A stretch of 64,000 bases of DNA from the NCBI GenBank assembly GCA_964016885.1, contig OZ024741.1, positions 345,216,001 to 345,280,000 of the forward strand. The letters are read 5' to 3'. Source of the DNA: Eledone cirrhosa. Its lineage: Eukaryota. The position numbers and the translations under genes are program-made. The number at the start of each line of letters is the position of its first letter. Within the stretch, counting starts at the first letter, position 1. Shown here piece by piece: positions 26,501 to 39,559 of this stretch. The notes under the pieces were generated by a model. It did no database searches and was not told the origin of the DNA. It saw only the letters and a program-made list of their open reading frames with translations.

Positions 26501-27770
26501 CCACAATACTTATGCTGTGCCAATTCTAACGCCAACATTTGGCCTACTGAACTGGTCATTGCAAGAACTAAGTGAGATGGATGTTAGAACTCGAAAACTT
26601 CTCAGTGTTACTGGGAACTTTAACATCAATGGTGATGTGGATAGGCTATACTTCTCACGCAAGGAAGGTGGCCGGGGTCTAAAATCAATATTAACAACAT
26701 ATGAGACCCGGATAGTGACACTGAAGCAACACCTTCAACAGAGGAAAAAGGTTGGCAACCATCTTGCCCAGGTTTATGACCATGAAAAAAGAAATATCAT
26801 TAGAATAGCGACTGATCTGGAGGAGAGATATGGAATAAAGCCTGATATAAATCTCTCACCCAGAGAAATCGGAATATCCTATTCAATGTTCAAACAAGAT
26901 AAAAAAATTGACCAATTTACAGAAAAAGTTGTGCATGGATACTTGAGGCGTAAAACACAGACCATGGAGGGGATAAACCACTCAAAAAGCCTGGCATGGA
27001 GTTCCGACAAGTTTATGACATCACACCTTGAGGGATATCTCTATGCAATACAGGAACAAGAACTCCCTACCAAATATCTGCTGCACAAAAGAGGAGGGCC
27101 AGCAGCTGACAATAAATGTAGGCTATGTAAAACAAAGATCGAGGATGTAAGCCACATTGTTGCCAGCTGCGAAAGAATGTCATCTCGCTACTACCTCCCC
27201 ATGAGACACGATGGGATAGCTAGAACCATCTGGAACGCACTTCGGAAAACAAAATTAACAACAAACGAGGAAGAATATATTGAGACAGATGGCACTAAGG
27301 AATACTGGTGGAACCTGAAAATAAAAACTGCCACCAAATTAAAGCACAACCGGCCTGATATTGTAGTTTGGGACCACACATTGAAAACGTGTTCTGTTGT
27401 GGAGATCAGCTGCCCACTTGATGTAAACGGTGTCAGAAAAATACAGGAGAAGGAGGACATCTACGGACCATTGATGAGGAGTTTACAAATCCAGTATCCA
27501 AGATACACCTTTAGCTTCATACCCATCATTATTGGTGCTACGGGTTATATACCAACCCGCTTGGACCAAAGTATGACTGAACTTGGATTTGCGGACAAAA
27601 AGCGCAGCTCCCTAATTCATAGTCTACAAATGGCTGCGATAGCTGGCACCTTCAAAATTTGCAAAACATTCTTGCGATTCAAGGGATGACAATTTCTTTT
27701 CTTTTACAACCTTGCCACCAGGAAGGTGGCCGGTCAAAAAAATATACTCAAAATTAAGAGAAAGAGAAAA
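23545..27770 (+). mobile_element. R4/Dong-clade non-LTR retrotransposon, apparently full length
   Basis: ~635-nt 5' region, single ORF, short 3' UTR with GCCACC/GGTGGC hairpin (27714-27730); CATA repeats on both sides. Confidence 0.88.
24180..27689 (+). CDS. 1169-aa RT plus restriction-like endonuclease protein (R4/Dong clade)
   Basis: N-terminal WxxELN...W...P domain typical of R4; KSPGPD, NYRPIAC, LDYQKAFDSVPH, GIFQGDSLS, FFVDDLK, YRYLG; CRLC-x8-H-x4-C knuckle, RHD, RPDIV, VEISCP. Confidence 0.93.
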   Translation: MAKSTSLLRPNRNYNRCTQWSYELNKVLYEAYKQSEPQKFGFMQRLKTLWNSKHPELDFSPKHLNEQAKRTIRCKLIHLTESSDTTNTALVDNHPTSTDRQREWPAKSNSEQLTNNFAEIHPTSTEEQRERSADSSSNCHHINNEAEIHDSTEQTEHQKLVGSLQVIWNDMFQEIHSLNVSDRPYNTRVSKEPTKLELEAVNEIAGNYLKAIRSKGVETTFETLNVLLYVSAVTLLSYNTHLKPRNQDTNRKPEPAWMRNLKTKILSLRRSISHIAVVMKCNIESNFTQHQEDLKKKLERRFGDTKFKTLNSKLHQLKQQLTATTERLKYKSTAHKRQVLNRLFARDPKSVYRSFGGKSSISVNDTPLKEQVESYWRSVWETDDGFNRQANWLKELEQDYCQHVQTKQYDIDGSILETALQKMSNRKSPGPDLITGYWLKNFTFYRQDLIRLFTETIKGTQELPRWLSTASTLLIPQNSQTTLAKNYRPIACQNIMYKLYTGCLNLFLQDHCATNNIITPEQAGGKREVWGCIDHLLTNKMIQEKTTKNRRNMTVVWLDYQKAFDSVPHGWIVKALQLAKVPQPLVAAVERLTKNWYTSLILRGEKEQVKTDKIHYQKGIFQGDSLSVLLFVLSLNPLSYLLRKQGGQRSGTRSISHLFFVDDLKLYGPNINDIKKQLDLITQFSTDIKMKFGESKCAYLAVKRGRAVPSSRNLEMNGLTIKPLQSGDNYRYLGQDENVRYDGPINKERTRTEYLRRVKKIWSSELSAYNKYIAHNTYAVPILTPTFGLLNWSLQELSEMDVRTRKLLSVTGNFNINGDVDRLYFSRKEGGRGLKSILTTYETRIVTLKQHLQQRKKVGNHLAQVYDHEKRNIIRIATDLEERYGIKPDINLSPREIGISYSMFKQDKKIDQFTEKVVHGYLRRKTQTMEGINHSKSLAWSSDKFMTSHLEGYLYAIQEQELPTKYLLHKRGGPAADNKCRLCKTKIEDVSHIVASCERMSSRYYLPMRHDGIARTIWNALRKTKLTTNEEEYIETDGTKEYWWNLKIKTATKLKHNRPDIVVWDHTLKTCSVVEISCPLDVNGVRKIQEKEDIYGPLMRSLQIQYPRYTFSFIPIIIGATGYIPTRLDQSMTELGFADKKRSSLIHSLQMAAIAGTFKICKTFLRFKG

Positions 27771-27778
27771 CATACATA

Positions 27779-30700
27779 GACAGTCAACGCGATCAGTCGC
27801 ATATTTTGGCGTGGGAGACTATTTAATAAATTTAAGATGAATACTATCTCCGACAGTAATGCCACAACTACAGTCAGGTTGAATAACTGGTTATTCTTCT
27901 AACTATCCCTTCTGAAGACACCTTTCATTCGAATTCGTAGAGATATCCGACTAAATACATAATTCATTTTACAAGGATTTGCTACAAGCAGCATGGCTGA
28001 ACACAACATCAACAAAAAAATTAAGGAAGTACCGAAGACAAATAACAAGGAAGGTAATCAAACTTTATTCAGTTGTAGCTGCAGAAGAAACCGAAATTAT
28101 AAATCGCATTTCTCTTGGAGTTGCGAACTTAATAATGGTTTATTTAATTGTTATAAAATGGCAGAAAACAATCCCTCCATTGGCTATATGAATAGAATGA
28201 AGCTACACTGGGACGAAATGCACCCAGAGCTAAATTATTTCACAGCGAAACAATTACGCCAACAAGCGACGTTTGTTGAACGTAAAAATAAGATAAATAT
28301 TATTAATTGTAAGTCCCCAACAACAAACATGTTATCAACGACACGTGCTACAGGTCGCCATGCTACTAGACTTCCTAGCAGCCAGGTCGAACAGCGTCTT
28401 GAAACAACTATGCCTGTAAGAAACTTGACACCACCTGTACCATCTAAGTCTACCACGAATGCTGGGGAAAACACTATCGATAATAATAATAATCGAATAA
28501 ATGTGACACCACGTGTACCATCCGAGTCTACCTCGACTGTTATGGAAAATACTATCGACAATGATAATCAAAAGTATAAACAATTGAAAATTTCCCTCAA
28601 CGAAATCTTCCAGAGAGAAATTAACTCATGTATAAATATCTCTCTTGCTGAACGTGTTAAAACCACAATGTTGAATAATAAAAAAAAAAACAAATAATGA
28701 AATACTACGTGTTATTGACGAAATAGGGGCTGAATATTTACGACGGATAAAAACCCCAACATTTTGGAAAATCAACGCCTGTTTATATGCCCTAGCAACG
28801 ACAGTGAAGCATTACCTTGGTGATAGCAGAGATATTAACAAGAACAAAACACCACCAAAAATCCATCATATATAACTAAAATAGAAAAAAAGATTGCTGA
28901 CCTACGAAAAAAATAGGGTATGTGACAATGCTCCTTACATGCAAACAAACACAAAAAAAACCTCACTCCTCACCAACAAAGAGTGAAAAATAAAATAGAG
29001 ACGATGTTTGGTAACAGTAGAACCAGAACTCTCCAATATAAGCTGATCACCCTCAAACAAGAATTGAGAGCTGTTAGCGAAAAACGCCGATACCTGAAGA
29101 AGGTAGATGAGAGAAAAGTGCTTAATAAAAGATTCAGACGAAACCAAACATCAGTCTATAGAGATATGAAGGGCAAAATAATAAGTGTCACTGAGGCCCC
29201 ATCCCAGAAAGACATAAATTCCTTTTGGAGAAAAATATGGGGTGAAAAGAAGAATGTCAACCAAGATACAGTGTGGCTAAGAGAAATCCGAAAGAACTAT
29301 TGCTCCTACACTACAACAAAAACATACGAAATAAGTGAGGGTACCCTTAAGACTGTGATAAGAAAACTCCAAGATAAGAAAATACCATGGAGAGACATGA
29401 TTGTCGGCTACTGGTACAAAAAACTGATATTCTATCGGAGGTATCTTACTGACCTCTACCAACAAGTTCTTAAGGGAGATACACTTATACCAGAATGGTT
29501 GACATTAGCACAAACATTACTGGTCCCCAAGAACAAAGACACCCACTTGGCAAAAACTACCGACCCATTGCATGCCAGAACCTGATGTATAAGATGTATA
29601 CAGCCAGCCTAAACCTATTCCTCCAAGATCACTGTGAAAATAATAACATCATCACAGATGAACAAGCAGCTGGAAAGAAAGGGTTTGGGACTGTGCTGAA
29701 CAACTCCTAGTCAACAAAACTGCGATGTCGGAGGTGCGACAACTTAGTCTGGCTGGACTACAGGAAAGCTTTCGATTCTGTTCCCCACTCTTAGATGATA
29801 GAGGCCCTCCAACTTGCTAAAGTCCCAGACATTATTGTCAGAGCCATAGAGAGGCTGTCTTCTTCTTGGGCTACTATCCTAAGGTTAACGACAGAGAGGG
29901 ATGACTCTATTTTCACTGATAAAATAAAATATTGCAGGGGTATATTTCAGGGGGACAGTCTCTCTGTGATATTATTCATCTTGTCATTAAACTCCTTGTT
30001 CTTGCTGCTCAAGAAATGTGAGGGATACATCATTGGCTCACAGAAATACGAACCTAACCCATAATTTCTTTGTGGACGATCTGAAACTCTATGCCAAGAA
30101 CATGGATGTGATGAAGAAAAATCTTGACCTGGTTACAACGTTCTCAAAGGATATGGGAATGGAGTTTGGCCAAGATAAATGCTCATACATGACTGTAAAG
30201 CGGGGAAAAACAACAACCCAATCTAGCAACATTGTCATCAATGGCCTAACTGTTTCATTGATATCTGATGAGGACTGCTACAGATACCTGGGGAGGATGA
30301 GAACATATCCTATAATGGTATCTGTAATAAGGAGCGCGTAACCAGGGAATAATACACTCGATTAAGAAAGATCTGGTCATCGGAACTCTCTGCGCAAAAC
30401 AAAACAGTGGCTCACAATGTGTTTACTGTGCCTGTCCTAACACCAACTTTTGGAATACTCAATTCTTACGATAGACGAAATCCGAGCAGTTGATGTTGGA
30501 ACTCGAAATATACTGAACAACACCGGAAACTTCCACATCAACAGTGACATAGACCGCCTTTACTTGAAACGTAAGCAGGGAGGCAGAGGCTTAACATCAG
30601 TCCAGACAACATTTGAATGTCGCATCATATCTCTCCGACAACATCTACGAACCTCGAAGCGTAGGAGCCCGTTTCTCGAGCAAGTTTATCTGCATGAAAC

Positions 30701-31851
30701 AGATAAGATCATGAGAGTTGGGAAGGAACTCCTCGAGAGATATTCCCTGTGTGATAATCAAAAACTCACACCCAGGGATGTCGCTCAGCAGTATCGCTGT
30801 GAATCCATGGATGAAAAACTGCATGCCTATCAGCAAAAAATCATGCATGGATATGTTGCCAGGAAGCTCCAGAGTGAGAGTAATATAGATAAGGAAAGTA
30901 GTCTATCTTGGACTAACAACCGCTATTTTGGCTCCCACTTTGAAGGATACGCTTTTGCAATCCAGGAACAAGAGATTAGCACGAAATACCTGATTCACAA
31001 AAGAGATAGGGATGCAGGCAAAACACCTAGATGTGATAATAAGTGCAGACTCTGCAGAACTAACATCGAGGATATCACCCATGTCATCAGCAACTGTCCA
31101 AAGATGTCATCGCGGTACTATCTTCCTATGAGGCATGATGTAGTGGCCAAAACACTGTACAATGCAGTTCGTAAAAAAAATAACCCCGATAATAAACATA
31201 TTAAAAGCTACAACAAAGTCGAAGACATTCATGTACATAATATGAAAGAGTACTGGTGGAATGTTCCAGTAAAAACCCCAATAAAATGCAGGCATAACAG
31301 ACCAGATATTATGATATGGGACAGGGAGAAGAAAATATGCGCAGTAGTGGAAATTCGCTGCCCAGTAGATGCCAATATAATATCAAAGATTAGTGAAAAG
31401 GAGAATATTTATGCAGAACTGATGAGAAATCTGCAGATACTCCACCCTGATTACACCTTCAGATTTATGCCTGTGATTATTGGGGCACTGGGATATGTTA
31501 GTAACTGTCTCAATACAAATCTTGAGAAGCTAGGCTTCACAGGAACAGAAAGAACACAACTAGTTAGGAAATTACAAGTACAATCCATTAATGGAACAGT
31601 AAAAATATGTAAAACATTCCAAAATGTTGCATCTAATAACTGCATATGCACATGTACAGACACATGCACACATACAACTCAAAACATACACATCCACACA
31701 TACAATAACATCTATATCTACACATGCATGCATACATACATATCTACCTAGTTGATGTTGTGTAAATTCCAATGAGAGAGTCTTGTGTCTATGTTAGAAA
31801 CCGACTCTCTCTCTCTATTGGCAAAACTTTGTGAAATTATAAAACCAGAAG
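27779..31851 (+). mobile_element. Second, divergent R4/Dong element; multiply frameshifted
   Basis: Collinear ORF fragments 27993-31640: GYMNRMKLHW, NYRPIAC, GIFQGDSLS, FFVDDLK, CRLC...H...C, RHD, RPDIM; 3' hairpin GAGAGAGTC/GACTCTCTC (31774-31811); ends at (TACA)n. Confidence 0.9.
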
Positions 31852-31871
31852 TACATACATACATACATACA

Positions 31872-31907
<36 letters not shown>

Positions 31908-32649
31908 TGCATACATACACATATTTATACAGACAAATTCGCAAAAGCACATATATACGTTCATCACACATACACGATCATGTCTGTACATTCATACATA
32001 CATACGTACATATGAATCCACATATGCATAATATATACCACTAGCAAACATAGAAATACTCACATACAGATAAACACGAACACACGAACATATTCACGCA
32101 CTGCGATACATACATACGGAAGCACACACACACACACATAGAGACACACGAATACACGCATAACGATAAATCCTACACATACACACGCACACACACTGAG
32201 ATACACACACACTCACACACAATTCCACACAATACAGAGAAACATTCACATACACAGATACATACAAATATAAATACACACGCACACCTCCAATACTGGA
32301 ACAACAACAACAATAATAACAACCACAACAACCAAACAAACACCTCCACCACCGCCAACACCACCGCCACGACCACCAACACCACGACCACCAACACTCA
32401 CCACCACCAACACTACCATCACGACCAACAATACCACCACCACTACCACCATCACCAGAAGAACAACAACATAACCAACAACTGACCACCACCACCACCA
32501 CCACCACCACCAACACCACCACCACCACCACCACCACAACCACCACGACCACGACGACGACGACCACCACCACCAACAACACCACCACCACGACCACCAC
32601 AACCACCACGACCACCACCACTACAACCACAACCACCACAACCACCCCC

Positions 32650-33165
32650 ACCACCAGATCAGCAACAACAACAACAACAACAGAAACAACAACAACAACA
32701 ACATAACCGAAGACAACAACAGCAGCAGTAGCAGCAGCACCACCACCCCCACCACCAGATCAGCAATAACAACAACAACAACATAACCGAAGACAACAAC
32801 AGCAGCAGTAGCAGCAGCACCACCACCCCGACCACCAGATCAGCAATAACAACAACAACAACATAACCGAAGACAACAACAGCAGCAGTAGCAGCAGCAC
32901 CACCACCCCAACCACCAGATCAGCAATAACAATAACAACAACATAACCGAAGACAACAACAGCAGCAGTAGCAGCAGCACCACCACCCCCACCACCAGAT
33001 CAGCAATAACAACAACAACAACATAACCGAAGACAACAACAGCAGCAGTAGCAGCAGCACCACCACCCCCACCACCAGATCAACAACAACAACAACAACA
33101 TAACCGAAGACAACAACAGCAGCAGTAGTAGCAGCAGCAGCAGCAGCAACACTAACAACAGCACC
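32650..33165. repeat. 80-bp minisatellite built from CAA/CAG/CAC triplets
   Basis: ACCACCAGAT recurs at 32751, 32831, 32911, 32991 and 33071. Confidence 0.9.
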
Positions 33166-33529
33166 AACGAAAATATATGAATATTCAAACACTTAGAGCG
33201 GCAAATTCTTGCTGTGAAAAATCGGCTGGTTTCGGGGTATGAAAAAAACATTGTGTGGAGTGTGCGTAGTTGTGTAGGATGTTGACGGAATGGAGGGCTT
33301 ATATGTAGTTATTTGTTTAGTGTTTCTTTTAGTTTTTAATTGTATTGTTGTTTTGTAGCTTCAAGCTACTTTATACACCGTTCTAAACACACATATGCAC
33401 ACATATGCACACATACATGCACACATATATGCACGCATACACACACACACACATACACACACACACACACACAAACACAGAAAAAAAACACACACGCTCA
33501 AATATTTCAACGGCGTTAAGGCAACAATA

Positions 33530-33594
<65 letters not shown>

Positions 33595-33720
33595 AACAGC
33601 TTGTAGTATTGGATTGATGGAAATTATCATTATTACTATTATAATTATTATTGATATTACGGTTACGTTGTTAAAATTTTGACCACTATATGATAATTTC
33701 AAAAGTTTTTCAATGTTGCA

Positions 33721-33830
<110 letters not shown>

Positions 33831-33847
33831 TACATACATATATACAT

Positions 33848-33937
<90 letters not shown>

Positions 33938-34147
33938 ATACGAAAAATTCGGGACCCCAACCGGTGAGCTCTTGCCGTTTCAACAGCTAGATCCGAACTG
34001 AATCGCCGGTATTCGGGCCGCGGGAAAATTTCTGGAATCCTCAGGGGATTTACTTGTCTGATTTACTCGTTTTATTTACAATCCTTTAAAATTATAATGA
34101 TATTAAAATAAAATAGTATGGTAGAATATTAAATATTAAATGTTAAT

Positions 34148-34186
34148 TGAACAAATACTTTCATGCTTTCGCAATCTTCAGGTTCA
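34148..34186 (-). ncRNA. Minimal hammerhead motif
   Basis: Reverse complement: TGAAC-CTGAAGA-tTGCgaaaGCAt-GAAA-GTATTT^-GTTCA; GNRA-capped stem II. Confidence 0.7.
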
Positions 34187-34221
34187 TATTCAGTGGTGAC
34201 AATCAAGTTTGCAATTTTCAA

Positions 34222-34273
<52 letters not shown>

Positions 34274-34488
34274 CAAACATCACGGACGCTCTATCTCAAA
34301 ATTATTTTTGAAAAGCATTTAGAAATGCGCAACCGGTAAAACTTAAAACCAAAACTGAATACTAACCAATACAATTACTAATTCTCATTTACTCCTAATT
34401 AAACTATTTTTCACTGTGAACAATTTGTCACCATTTTCTATTCCGTTTACCAATATATAATAACTTGTGTGTTACACCTCTATTCTTT

Positions 34489-34560
<72 letters not shown>

Positions 34561-34563
<3 letters not shown>

Positions 34564-35292
34564 GTAGAACACTGTAAGGTAATATCCGTAGTGGCAGAGC
34601 ATTCAGTCCATGGGACGAGTTAGGTAGAAGTGGTTACACAACAGTTAGTTCACCATACCGAGAACAATTGTTTCACCTCAGCGGATCCTCAGCTCGTAAT
34701 GGACATGGTTATACGGAACAGGAAGGACAACCGTACGAACCCGCGTGCGCAGAAACGATCACTTCACACAGGCAATACTAAATTGCGTGCGAGAGGTGTA
34801 AGGGGGATAACTGCGAAAGTCCGAAAGTTTCTAGTTGATAAGAAAATTAGGATGTTGTAATTCAATCCGGAGCTTTGTAGTTATGTAAGAGGTGTTTCCA
34901 GACGTGTGGACAACGTGTGAAGAATCCATTTCTCGTGTTTAGGCAATCACTATTGCGTAATCTCTTTAAAATATTTATTCGTTCATCAATACATAGTCCA
35001 CACGACGGATTGCCCCTTGCGTATGGCTTGGACTTAGTGATGGTTTTCCATTGAATGGAGTAGTCTATACTTGAGTCCTTGAGGGACTATTCGTGGCTCG
35101 CGAGTTTCGTGGATGAACGTCTGTCCAGATACCTAAAGGTCGACTGGTGGTTCAGGAAGCTTTCCTTAAATCGGCCCTCCACCATACCCACATAGGATTT
35201 GGCCTCCTGTGGTTGATTTGGTCGGTTGGAAGTGACTACAGCTTCATAAACTACAGCGGGTGTGTTGCATTGCTGTTGAAGGGGACAATGCA
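34561..35292 (-). mobile_element. PLE family B second copy (GIY-YIG plus 3' end) with hammerhead at 34653-34702
   Basis: Near-identical to 3503-4220; begins exactly at the end of a (TA)n tract. Confidence 0.9.
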
Positions 35293-35299
35293 ACACACC

Positions 35300-36050
35300 C
35301 GCTAGTTACTAGCGAGAGACTAATCTTTGAAAGTTGGAGTTAGTTGAATATGAATTGTGATCCAGCTTTGATGAATTACACTCAAGGCAAAGTGCAGCAC
35401 TGGATATTGAACTCCCGCCGACCCAGGAGGGGTCACACCCGACTGTAAATTGATTGCAACCTCCGGAGTCAATAATCTAAACGAAAACCACATGGCGGAA
35501 ATATAACAATATATGCTCATTCTGCCACATGTGATTCTGGAAGCGGAGTTTCCTATATACACTTTTTCTCTATATGTAACGGGATAGCCATCACGATTTG
35601 TATTTACTGTAGTACAGTTGTATGCGGTGCGATACATTGGTTGAACGCCAACTTGGACATACAGTGAAATTCACCTGGCACGTTGGATTGAGCGACCGAA
35701 TGTGAAGATTTCGGGGAATGCCAGTTTCTGCGGACCTGGCGTGTTTTCAATTTCCTCACATCTGTGCCGGCTGTGTATGTACCATACATTTCTTTAACTT
35801 GTCGTACTTTCTTTTATTTTTATTTTAGATTTTAGGTGTATATCCCAGACCGCCTATGGTGATAAATCCCCTGGGTATAGGTTTTGGAAAAATAGTGTTA
35901 TCTCACTTAACGTTCGGAACTGGAACATATCGATGTGGTTCGTAGGGTGCGGATATGATAAGGAGAATCGACCTGTTACAAGGCGGTATAATTGGAGTAC
36001 ACCATCCCTCATATGGACTATCATACATGTAAGGATGCACCACTGCTAAC
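35300..36050 (+). pseudogene. Possible heavily decayed PLE RT-thumb/linker remnant
   Basis: Short peptide similarities only (VYPRPPMVI, GTYRCG); a same-strand hammerhead lies downstream at 36551. Confidence 0.3.
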
Positions 36051-36550
36051 CAACTATTCTTTTCACAGACTCATGCTTTCAAACTCTCTTGATCTGCCTG
36101 TACACCCTCTTTTTGCACTGCTTGTGCTTTGATGCATCTATGCTTTGCTTTGTCTTATATTTTTTTGGGGGGGGGGGGGGGGTTCCGGGCTTTTTGTTCC
36201 TTTATTGTTTTGTATTTTTATATTTATCTCTTTTCTTATCCCTGTATTTTTGTATTTTTTTTATTATTTTTTTATTATTTTCTTATTGTTTCTGATCATG
36301 CTGAGTAATACCCTCACTCATCCCTTGCTACCCTCTCCCAACCTCTTTATCATCTATTGCACCATTTAAGTGATAAATCTTTGGTGTAATTTTTAATTTT
36401 TTAATTTTTAAGACATTTTATGACATTATGTGCATCATGTATTCTGTCTTTTTCCATATAGCGCTGGCCTCGGGACCCCCTGGTGGTCCTTTAACCTTGT
36501 TCTGGTGACGCAGCTCGATGGAGCATGCAACTACTGATATACTCATGTTT

Positions 36551-36605
36551 ATAGGCTCTGATGATTCCTGCCATGGTGTATGGATGAAACACTGTTAGCT
36601 AATAA
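36551..36605 (+). ncRNA. Type-I hammerhead motif
   Basis: GGCT-CTGATGA(36558)-tTCC...GGAt-GAAA(36586)-CACTGTT^-AGCT. Confidence 0.65.
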
Positions 36606-36696
36606 AACAATGTATTTCTAAGCACTCTTTGGTTATTCCTATAACTACATATATATATACATATATATATATATACACATTTATATACACACACAT

Positions 36697-36818
<122 letters not shown>

Positions 36819-37470
36819 CATGTATATATACATATATATATATTATTAAATTCAGTACTACAACGAAGACATAACACTAAGAAACGCCGCTAGGAAGTGC
36901 GTATTAGACAACTAACAGTGTTTCGTTGATAGGCACATTCTAGTTTCTCTGTGTTATATCTACACACCTCCTTTTCTATACACTACTTTTATGTGTATGT
37001 GTATGTATATATACGAAGAAATTCATATATACCTTTATATACCTCCCTACGTTGGCCAGTTCACGCGCACACGCTCATTCACACATACATGCATACGCAC
37101 GCACACGCACACACATATACACACGCTCGTATACACATACACATATCCAAAATATACACTGATTACCTCCCTTCCTAAACCTCTTTAATACATATGATAC
37201 CCACAGACCAATAACTCTTCAAAATGTCTGACTGAATATGCACGTGAGATTTTTTTCTCCATTTTTTCCGTCTATATTTTTCTATTTCATCTTTCATTTA
37301 TTATTCTATCTTCTGATGAAGAATTAGTGTTCGAACCGGTAAGACTATTATTTCAAGCGTTAAACTAATTTATTTCTTCATTGTACTGTGTCGTTTGCCT
37401 TGTTATTTTTGTTTACTTTTTACACACAGAGAAAGACAGACATGCAGGCAGCCAGACATACAGACAGACA

Positions 37471-37640
<170 letters not shown>

Positions 37641-37980
37641 TGTATGTACTATACATATATTTATGTCTACATCGCTATTTCAGAGCACCAATAATAATTA
37701 TATATATATATATATATATATACATTGGTGGTCTGGGTCTAAAAGTATTGGTAGCCAGGAAGAGATACAACTACAATACTATTATTTGATTTTTATATCA
37801 AATAAATAACAATTTTTTTTTAAATCCTCTCTATTTCTGTGTATGCCATTGACCATAAAATTGTAAAGTAAAAATACAGATTATAGAATATATTAGAAAT
37901 TTTTTACCCTCTCCTATAAAAAGATCTTGTGAAATATACACATCCACAAAATAGCAGTAATGAGTTTCGATTTTCCCACT

Positions 37981-38105
<125 letters not shown>

Positions 38106-38142
38106 ATGTGAGAAAAACCACAGAGCCTCCATCTCAACTCTA

Positions 38143-38178
38143 CTTTTGAAAAGCAGAAGAACTGCGAAACCGGTAAAG
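38143..38178 (+). ncRNA. 36-nt minimal hammerhead, U3:A8 core
   Basis: CTT-TTGAAAA-GCAGaagaaCTGC-GAAA-CCGGTA^-AAG; further copies at 49803-49838 (-) and 49915-49950 (+). Confidence 0.7.
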
Positions 38179-38541
38179 GAACCAAATAAATATATATATA
38201 TTTTTTTAAATAAGACTCCAGCTGCATTTTCGATTTCATCTTTTTTTCTTTATACTTTCACTCGTGTAGGACACCTCGGTTATTTTTCATTTTGTTTAAA
38301 AAAACCTCACTTTCTAATATATATATATATATGTATATATATATAAGAAAATCTTTGCTCTACATGGCTGAATACAATCTATGTAATCTGAATTTTTCAA
38401 ATATTTAGAATAACATTCGATTCGTTTGCAATTATGCAAACAAACCTCAATTTTATAGCCATGTCAGTAGAATCAGACCGATCAGTCACTGTGTATTTTG
38501 GAAAATAACATATATTTTCACTAGCTCTGACAGTTTGCTAG

Positions 38542-38607
38542 GTGAACAGTGAGCTGTACTGATGAAGGGTGATACCCAGAAACATTACTGTCTGCAGTTC
38601 TGTTCAC
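38542..38607 (+). ncRNA. Type-I hammerhead ribozyme with long stem I
   Basis: GTGAACAgtGAGCTGTA-CTGATGA(38559)-aGGGTgatACCCa-GAAA-CAttacTGTC^(38592)-TGCAGTTCTGTTCAC; centre of the 38346-38769 inverted repeat; relative at 40764-40809 (-). Confidence 0.85.
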
Positions 38608-38875
38608 ATGCCAACACAAGAGCAAGAATGAAGGTTTCATTCTACTGACATGGCTATAAAATTGTGGCTTGTTTGCATAATTGCAAACGAATCGAATGTT
38701 ATTATTAATATTCGAAAAACTCAGATTACATAGATTGTATTCAGCCATGTAGAGCGAAGATTTTCTTTTATATATATATTTCTCTATTTGCTAGACCTGG
38801 ATTTTATATATATATACATATATATATATAAAGTTAAATAAAAAGTCAAATGATTAAAATTTAGCTTCGTTTATT

Positions 38876-38930
38876 ACTGCTATATATATTTCAGTGACAG
38901 CCATCTTTGGCTGTGACCTCTTCAGGCAGT
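38876..38930 (-). ncRNA. Type-I hammerhead ribozyme (left arm of the 38830-39234 palindrome)
   Basis: Reverse complement of 39134-39188. Confidence 0.85.
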
Positions 38931-39133
38931 TTGAATTAGTATTGTATAGACAAGTACATATGTTGTTGAGGTGTGTGTATAATATTGTCAATACTCTGAT
39001 ATGCCCAGTTCCTGGTTGGGTTATTATTTCACTGAAATAACAACCCAACCAGGAACTGGGCATATCAGAGTATTGACAATATTATACACACACCTCAACA
39101 ACATATGTACTTGTCTATACCATACTAATTCAA

Positions 39134-39188
39134 ACTGCCTGAAGAGGTCACAGCCAAAGATGGCTGTCACTGAAATATATATAGCAGT
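39134..39188 (+). ncRNA. Type-I hammerhead ribozyme (right arm of the palindrome)
   Basis: ACTGC-CTGAAGA-GGTcACAGCCAaagaTGGCTGTcACT-GAAA-TATATATA^-GCAGT. Confidence 0.85.
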
Positions 39189-39335
39189 AATAAACGAAGC
39201 TAAATTTTAATCATTTGACTTTTTATTTAACTTTATTTTACACTACTCCGGAGTAACCAAACCAACCTGCGCACCTCGTCGAGTGCTCCAGCCTGCATAC
39301 TAAGGTGTTGGTATACAACCAACATAAATTCAAAA

Positions 39336-39413
<78 letters not shown>

Positions 39414-39559
39414 TATACATATGTGTGTGTGTGTACATGATGATGATGATGACTGCTATAGCCGATGGAAGCTATAGTCAGACCTACAACGCTTGTACTT
39501 GCGAGACAAGCGGGGCAATCCCCAGCGATGCTAATGCAAGCCATAACCTGCTACACAAC

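Noticed and set aside
33955-34048. Hammerhead with CTGAGGA core on the minus strand
   Set aside because: Both halves present but stem II does not pair; probably decayed or chimeric, not counted
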